Shown: positions 57,700 through 64,000 of the stretch, piece by piece | How positions within the stretch are numbered: position 1 is the stretch's first letter | How the letters are laid out: each line of letters begins with the position of its first letter | NCBI RefSeq assembly: GCF_009914755.1 | Contig: NC_060947.1 | DNA: 64,000 nucleotides | Strand: one strand, 5' to 3' | Source of the DNA: the human T2T-CHM13v2.0 reference genome, Homo sapiens | Made by a program: the position numbers and the translations under genes | The notes under the pieces: generated by a model | Database searches by the model: none | Told to the model about the DNA's origin: nothing | The model's input: only the letters and a program-made list of their open reading frames with translations

Positions 57700-59640
57700 T
57701 TCTACACTTCTGCGTGGACTCGAGCGTTCAAGATGGGCGTGGCAACCCGATGACAGGAAACCCTACACGGGCGTGCTCCCAGCAGGCTCCTCCGTGAGGG
57801 CCACCAGCCACGGGAAACCACGACCTTGTCCCTCACCAGCAAAAGCTCAGCCTGCGGCTCCGCGAGCGTGGACCGTTCCGTGGCCATGAGCGGGAAGAAC
57901 CACGGGCCCCCGCCAGGGGCTGGGATGGATCTCGCGGGCGGGAGGCGGAGGGTACTCGGCCCACCCCAGCGGAGGACACCGCGTGGGTCCGCTGAGATAA
58001 CGCTCCGCGGTGATGGACTCCATGACTCCCGGAGCAGAGCCCTGGCTGCGCTGCACCGCGGGAGGGAGGGGCTGCGTCTACTGCGGGGCCACGAGAGGGA
58101 GGGGCCGGGGCCGGGGCCGGGGCCGGGGCCGGGGCCGGGGCCGGGGCCGGGGCCGGGGCGGGACAGGAACCCGCGCAAGCGCGGAAATGCCCACGGCCGC
58201 GCCCTCCCGCGCGCACCGCGGCGACACCCGGGCCGCCCTCGGAAGGCACGGACGTCGCGCCGCGCTCCCGGGGCGCTTCACTTGCGCCCACGGCCGACGC
58301 CCCGGCAGCGGCGGGCAGGTGCCACGACCTCTGGACGTTTGTCGCCCCTTCTCGGGAATGGAACGCTTAGAGAAGCGCAGGTCCACACCCAAAACACAAG
58401 GCGGCACTGTTGCGTGTGCACCGGCGACTCTGCGGCCAGCGCCCTGGGTCTCGCCCCGGGAACGCCTAGGAGCCTGAGAGCGCCGCGCCACACCCGGCAG
58501 GGCCGCAGCGGCGCGCACGCGACGGGGTGTCGTCCACTGGGCAGCAGGAGCGTCAGTCAAGGGCGAGGGGCGGGAATTCCGTGCAATCTGAGCATGGTCA
58601 TTGGCGAGGACAGGCGAAGAGGAGGACGGATAGGCGGGGCTGGGCGGGGCTTCCCGTGGGCGCCTGGAGCTTACCAGGAGCGACCGAAGCGGAGGCGGGG
58701 AGCGAGGCAGCTGTGGGCCCCGGCGGGCGGAGACTAGGGCTGTCCCTCCACGCCCCGCCCCCGCCTCGGCACCGCCTTCCGCGCCTGCGAGTCCTGGGCC
58801 GGCCCTGCGGGGCATGCGCCGAGTCCCCTTCCTTTGCAGACCGGTGGTCACTGTCTTCCCCCGGGGACGAGGCGGACAGGCGTCGCCTGAGATCAGGGCC
58901 CGGGAAGCCCCGTGAGCCGCTCTCGCCTCGGCGCCGTCGAGGGGCCGCCCCGCCCTTCCCACTCCACTGTGCTGCGAAAGTGCCTCGGGGCGCGTCTGGG
59001 GGGTCGTGGGGAAGCAGGGCCGCGCCCACCCGGCAGCGTCCAGGGAGAGGTGGGCAGAGCGGGGCGGGCGGCCGTCTTGGGGGAAGTGGCGTCTGGAGGT
59101 GTCTGTGCACCATTCCGCGGTGGCGCGCGGTGGGGTAACAAAGTCTTCCCCGTCCCTTGACAGCGGCGGCCGCCGGGGAGGGAATCCTGCTCTGCTGCGG
59201 GCGGTCGTGGGCTGGGGCGCTTCCTGGCCTGACTGTCTCCTGGGGGAGGTAGGAAAGGCGAGCCCCGCAGAGAAGGCGGTGGCTTCCCTCGACGTGGGTG
59301 CCAACAGGAGCCATCCCTCCAGCCGGTCTTCCCGCGGGAGGGTGCCTGGGAACACCCGCAGGGCTGGTTCCAGCACCCATGGGACCGCTGGGTCCAGCCC
59401 AGTGTTTCCGGGGAAGCCCCGCCTTACCCGCCAACCTTCCCGCACCGGGAGGGTTCCCAGCTGCTGGTGATGCTGCTCAGGCGACTCCCCGCAGCGCCAC
59501 CACCCACCCCCCCGGGAGCCGGCCGCTGGGTTTGGCCCGTCCGCCCTGGTTCCTCTTTGCTGGGCTCTGAGGCCCGGCGGGACTTCTCCGCGGCGGCTCT
59601 GGCGACCCAGCATCTCTTTGCCCTGGGGTCAGACGGGCTC
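57700..59640. promoter_or_regulatory. Strong CpG island with promoter-like motifs and no recognisable coding gene
   Basis: Very high GC and CpG; ATTGG at 58600-58604; GC boxes at 58633-58650; GGCGGGAATTCC at 58569-58580; GCATGCGC at 58812-58819. Confidence 0.8.
58101..58159. repeat. (GGGGCC)9 plus GGGGC hexanucleotide repeat
   Basis: Nine uninterrupted units at 58101-58154 followed by GGGGC. Confidence 0.97.
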
Positions 59641-62600
59641 CCAAGGAATTGCATCCCGGTGGAGAAGACGCTTCCTTCCCTCTCCCTTCCTCTCCTCCGC
59701 CCCCTTTTGCTCTCTTGTCCTTGCACTTTGCCTTGTCCGTGTGTCCGGCTCTGTGTGTGTGTGACTGACGCGAGCCCTTAGTCACCTCTTGCTACTATTT
59801 TCTCCCCTTATTATCACTTGTCTCTTGACTGTGTGGTTTGCGGGTTGTGCTTGGTCACAGAGGGGATTTTAGTTTTCGTGTCATCAGAATCTCCAGGCTT
59901 TCCTGATGGCTTCTGGGGGTTCTTGTCGGTTTGTTTCCTTCTGGCTCACGCCGTGTCTTGCCCCCTGGACGCTGGGCACCAGTTCCGACTACTGGGTAAC
60001 AGACGACTTCACGTTTCGGTCCTTCCCCACCTAGCACTCGTCTCACCCCCCCAGCACTCGTGTCACCCCCCCAAGGGTTCTGAGGGACAGGCTCTGGGAG
60101 GGCTCTCGGGGAGCCAGGACTGTGGCTCAGGGTCCCTCTCAGGCTGCGGTCAGGTGTCCACTGGGGCCCAGCCATCCTATCTGACTGGGTGGGGAGCCCT
60201 CGTGATGACTCTCCCTCTGGAGGCTGTGGCAGGAGGCCTCAGTTCCTCCCCACCGGGCCTCCTCCCCAGGGCTGCTGGGCTTCCCCCGGACCTGCAATCC
60301 AGTCGAACCAGCAGGAGAGGGCGCCCCAGACCCGGCCACAGTCTCTTCATGGCCTGGTCTCCTAAGTGACTCGCCTCGCCTCCGCTGTGGTTTTTATTGG
60401 TCTCACAGGTCCACCCTGGCGCGTGCTGGAGAGGGCGCCACGCTCAGGGTGGAGGCTGTTCCTGAGTGCTGCGAGTCAGAAGCACCCTTGCACGTGTAGA
60501 CCTGCGTCGGCTGCTGGAGATCCCGAGCGGGCCGCCTCAGGAACATGTCCTTGGTGTCAGCGGGAGCAGCAGGCCACCTCCTGGGGCTGACACTGGCCGG
60601 GGCCTGCATTTCTGAGGGCGGGGCGTGCTTTGACATCCTGAAAGGGTTGCAAAACCCATCACAGAGAACCCCAAGAAGGGAGACTCTGCCACCGAGACCC
60701 CGTGTGCCCCGCAGGGTCTGCGCCGTGTGCTCTCTGGCTCTTCATGGAAGCCTTTCCCAGCCCTGGTCGGGGAGCCCCGGTCCAACATCCCCAGGAGCCG
60801 GTGGGAAGCCCGTTCTGGTCTGCATGGCATGAGTGCCCCACGCCAGCCCGGGTGGCAGGATGTGCCCCCCACCTCCAATGCCCCCCTCCCAGGGGCTCAT
60901 TCCTGCCCCTGTCCCCTCTCTGCCCCAGGTGGGGCAGCCTCTCTCTGCAGACAGGGGAGGCCTCTCCTCCCCGCATGCAGCCCTGAAGGGGAGGGGCCGG
61001 GGCAGGGAGGGGGTGTGCCGCGTCGTCATGGTGAAGGCAGAGCAGCTCCTTTTCTCCGTGATGTGTCAGGTTGCCGGATACTGGGCTCCGGTCCCTGGCC
61101 TGGAGGGTGGGATGTGGAGGGCCAGGTGGGTCCTGGAAGGAGCTTTCCACTGGGGCCCCAGGAAGACCTTGGTGTCTCGTTTCCCTGGAGACGTGCCCCA
61201 TCCTTCCCACTGGGACTGGCAAGTGACTTGCTGATGACGCTCTCCGTGGCTCTGAGTTTGTCACAGAGGTTCCGTGGGCGGTGAGTGCTTTTCCTGTTGG
61301 CCCGCGCCGCCTCTGGGCAATGCGGGGGCCCTTGGTGACAGCTCCTGGCCCCTTCCAAAGCTGCCTGGCCCTTCTTGAACCCGACGAGAGCAGGTTGCCG
61401 GGCCTTCCCTGAGGAATGTGTTCCTGGCAAGTGGGGACAGCCCCTCCCCCAGGGTGTCGGGTACAGGGTCCTGGGGTGCTTCAGGACACGGTCAGGCCCA
61501 CCGACCCCCCACACTCCTGGGCCACCTGCCTGCTGGCTGTCCTCTGTGACCCTCTCTCCCCTGAGCCGAGGTGCCGGCCCGATCCCGCGGGAAGAACAGC
61601 GAGGAGGGCCGGCTCTCCCTGCTATGGGGGCCTCGGGGGCCTGGACGGGGACTGTGTCCTCCCTACCCGGGCTGCCCGGCGCCCTCGCTCAGGGAGTGCT
61701 CTCCTAGCGACCTGTTCGGCAGATGGGCACAGCCACGACAGCAGCCAGACCCTGTCCCGGCCCATGCACCCACCTGGACGGATCGGCGCCCTCCTGGACT
61801 TACTGGCTCCATTGAGGGTCCCAAAGGAGCTGCCCCAGAGCACCCTAGGGGCGTCCGGACCCCTCGGCCCGCAGCAGCTACCAGCAGCCCAGGCAGGACC
61901 CAGGGGCTTCCGGGCACAGAGGCGCCGCTCCCTGGCTCGTGAGCCCAGGGCCTCTCCAGCCGTCCCCTGTTGGGGGCCTCCACTCCTGCTCTGGATCAAG
62001 GTCCTGCCCCTAGGGAGAGCTGGTGCCTTCGGGGGAGCGGGCCCTGGTTGCAGTTGGAGAGTGGGTCCAGGGATGGTGTTCTGCTTGGCTGCCGCCCTGC
62101 CTCCTGGGGGCCTCCCCAGATCCCCCCCGGCTGCTGTCAGCTGGGGCTGAGGGGTCCTGTGGCCTAGGGGGCATCCTGGTTCGGGAGTGCCCTGCCCTGG
62201 ACACCGTGTCCAGGAAGGATACATGCTCACCCTTTGTTGGGGGCCAGGCACAGGGTGAGGGGGCACTCGGCCCCACCACCCGTGTCTCTGGGAACCCTGG
62301 CTGGGTACGGCCCCTCTTCCGAGAGATCCTGCCCGGGACTGGTGCCGCCTGCCTCGGGCCTGCCCCCCACACAGTTGGGGACCCTGGCGGGGCACCTCCT
62401 GCCAGCCACCTGCTGCTGTCCTAGCCTCAGCCGGGCCCTGCAAGCTGTCCATGTGCCTGGGACACCCGGTCCCTCTGCAAATGTTTGCAAACACCCCTGC
62501 CCCCACAGGCATGTCTGGGGGCCTCTCTGGGCCTTTGTGTGCCGAGTTGGGCGTGGGTGGCGGCGGGGGTCTTTCCATAGTCACCTACTTCCTGTCCTCC

Positions 62601-64000
62601 TCGGCCCCAGGTCCAGCGGTGCCCTGTCTGCTCGGTTTCCAGCCTGAGCCCTTTCCTGAGCTGGCCCGGTCCCCTAAGCTTCTGCAGCAGGTTCCCAGGT
62701 CCACCCCGAGGGACTCCTGGCCAGTGTTCCCAACAGTGTCTGAGTGCTGGCCTCAGTCCCTGGCCATGGATTTTGGGGAACCCCGCTCTGAGGGGCCGTT
62801 GCTTCCCTTTCCTCTCCAGGTCCCCTCCCAGTTTCCTCGGAGAGCGGGGATGGGGCTGTTGGGAGGCGGAAGGGAGGGTTGGGGTGCAGAGGTGTGGCTT
62901 GGGGGAGGGAAGGTCAACTGGGCTACCGCCCCTCCCTGCCCTCCCTGGACTCAGTCCAGACACAACCTGCGGGTTGGAGGCCTGTGCACCCTTTATCTCC
63001 TCCTAGTAGCCTGGCGGGTCCTCCTGGGTCTTCCTCAGTGTGTGTGAGTCCCCAGGCCATAGGACCCGGCAGGGTGGGGGCCCGTGCTCTGCTCTTGTTT
63101 TTGCTCCTACTTGCCCGCCCTTCCCGGGGGGGGCCCTGGCCAGGACCGTGCCAGTCTCTTTCCCTGCTGCCTGCCTGCCTGCCTGGGTGGCCTCCAGCTC
63201 ACCACCCTGTGAGGCCTGTGGCCTCCCGCCAGGGCTGTCCTCAGGGGCCCGGATCCCCCTAGTTTATCTTCTGCCCTTGCCGCCCCACATGTGTCCCTCC
63301 CTGCAGCCTGGGGACGATCGGCAGGTTTGGGGGACCGGTGCCCTTGGTTCACCTAGCCCAGCCCTAGGGCGGTGGCCCTGCCAGGCATGGGGCTTGAGAG
63401 GGGATGTGATGGAGCAGACACAGGGAGGGGGCAGGAGACCCTGGGTGACTCGGGACAGGAGGGAGTGCCCCAGAGGTTCAGAATCCTGGGCACACAGTGG
63501 GCTGAGCGGACAAGTCGCAGCCTCAGGGGGACCTCCCGTCCTCCCAACTGGCACTGCATCTTTCTGGGCCTGGCTCTGCTGCCTCACAGCCCCGTTCAGC
63601 TGGTGGCTTTTAGAGGCTTCCAGAGTGTGCTTGGCCCCTTTACCTCTATGCCATTGGGCCCAGGGGGAGCAGTAGAGTGGCTGCGGCTGGGGGTGGGACT
63701 TCCCCTTTCTGTGTCTTGCTTGCCCCGTGTCTCCCAGTGAGTGGCCGCCCTGAGCCTGGGGCCAGCAGCCCAGCCCCAGTGAGAAATAAAAGTAGCCATC
63801 CTGCCTGAACTGCCGCTGCCTTTTCTACTTTGCCCTCTCAACAGGGGTCAAGGAGGGTACGCGTGGTGTTGAGGTCTCAGAAGGTCTGGGTTTGACGTGT
63901 GCCATGGCTGCAGGCTACGGCCTGGTCGTGTCAGACGCTGTGGAGCTGAGGGAGGATGTGGCGAGAAAGCTGAGCGTTGCCCCCGAGAGCCTTGCTTCCT

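Noticed and set aside
58078-59613. 511-aa minus-strand ORF and overlapping long ORFs in the CpG island
   Set aside because: Stops are scarce at this GC content, several frames are open at once, composition is R/G/P/A-rich and no domain is recognisable.
60034-60073. 20-bp tandem duplication gcactcgt(c/g)tcacccccc
   Set aside because: Only two copies, with no evident function.
59800-63850. Many 100-320 aa ORFs
   Set aside because: GC-rich low-information translations on both strands with no recognisable family; no FLNA or EMD coding sequence seen in the window.

Overview
This is eukaryotic (human-like) genomic DNA recognisable as Xq28. It holds the 5' part of TEX28 on the minus strand and the complete 13-exon TKTL1 (transketolase-like 1) gene head-to-head on the plus strand. 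The TKTL1 exons join through canonical GT-AG sites into 1791 nt (596 aa plus stop). The window ends in an Alu-dense and then CpG-rich block that by gene order should be the proximal FLNA/EMD inverted repeat. Much of the rest is Alu, L1, L2, MIR and LTR relics, which explain most ORF-track entries. The most notable observations are: (i) a 22-bp tandem array with six evenly phased CACGTG E-boxes in the shared TEX28/TKTL1 promoter; (ii) a fossil 38-codon transketolase exon with a Trp->TGA stop but intact splice dinucleotides; (iii) the TEX28 start-codon exon lying antisense in an L1 ORF1-like relic; (iv) a pure (GGGGCC)9 tract in an orphan CpG island with in-frame upstream ATGs; (v) a possible decayed Sushi/CCP plus transmembrane retrogene just 3' of TKTL1. 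Gene names come from recognising the translated peptides; no searches were run, and repeat boundaries and subfamilies are approximate.
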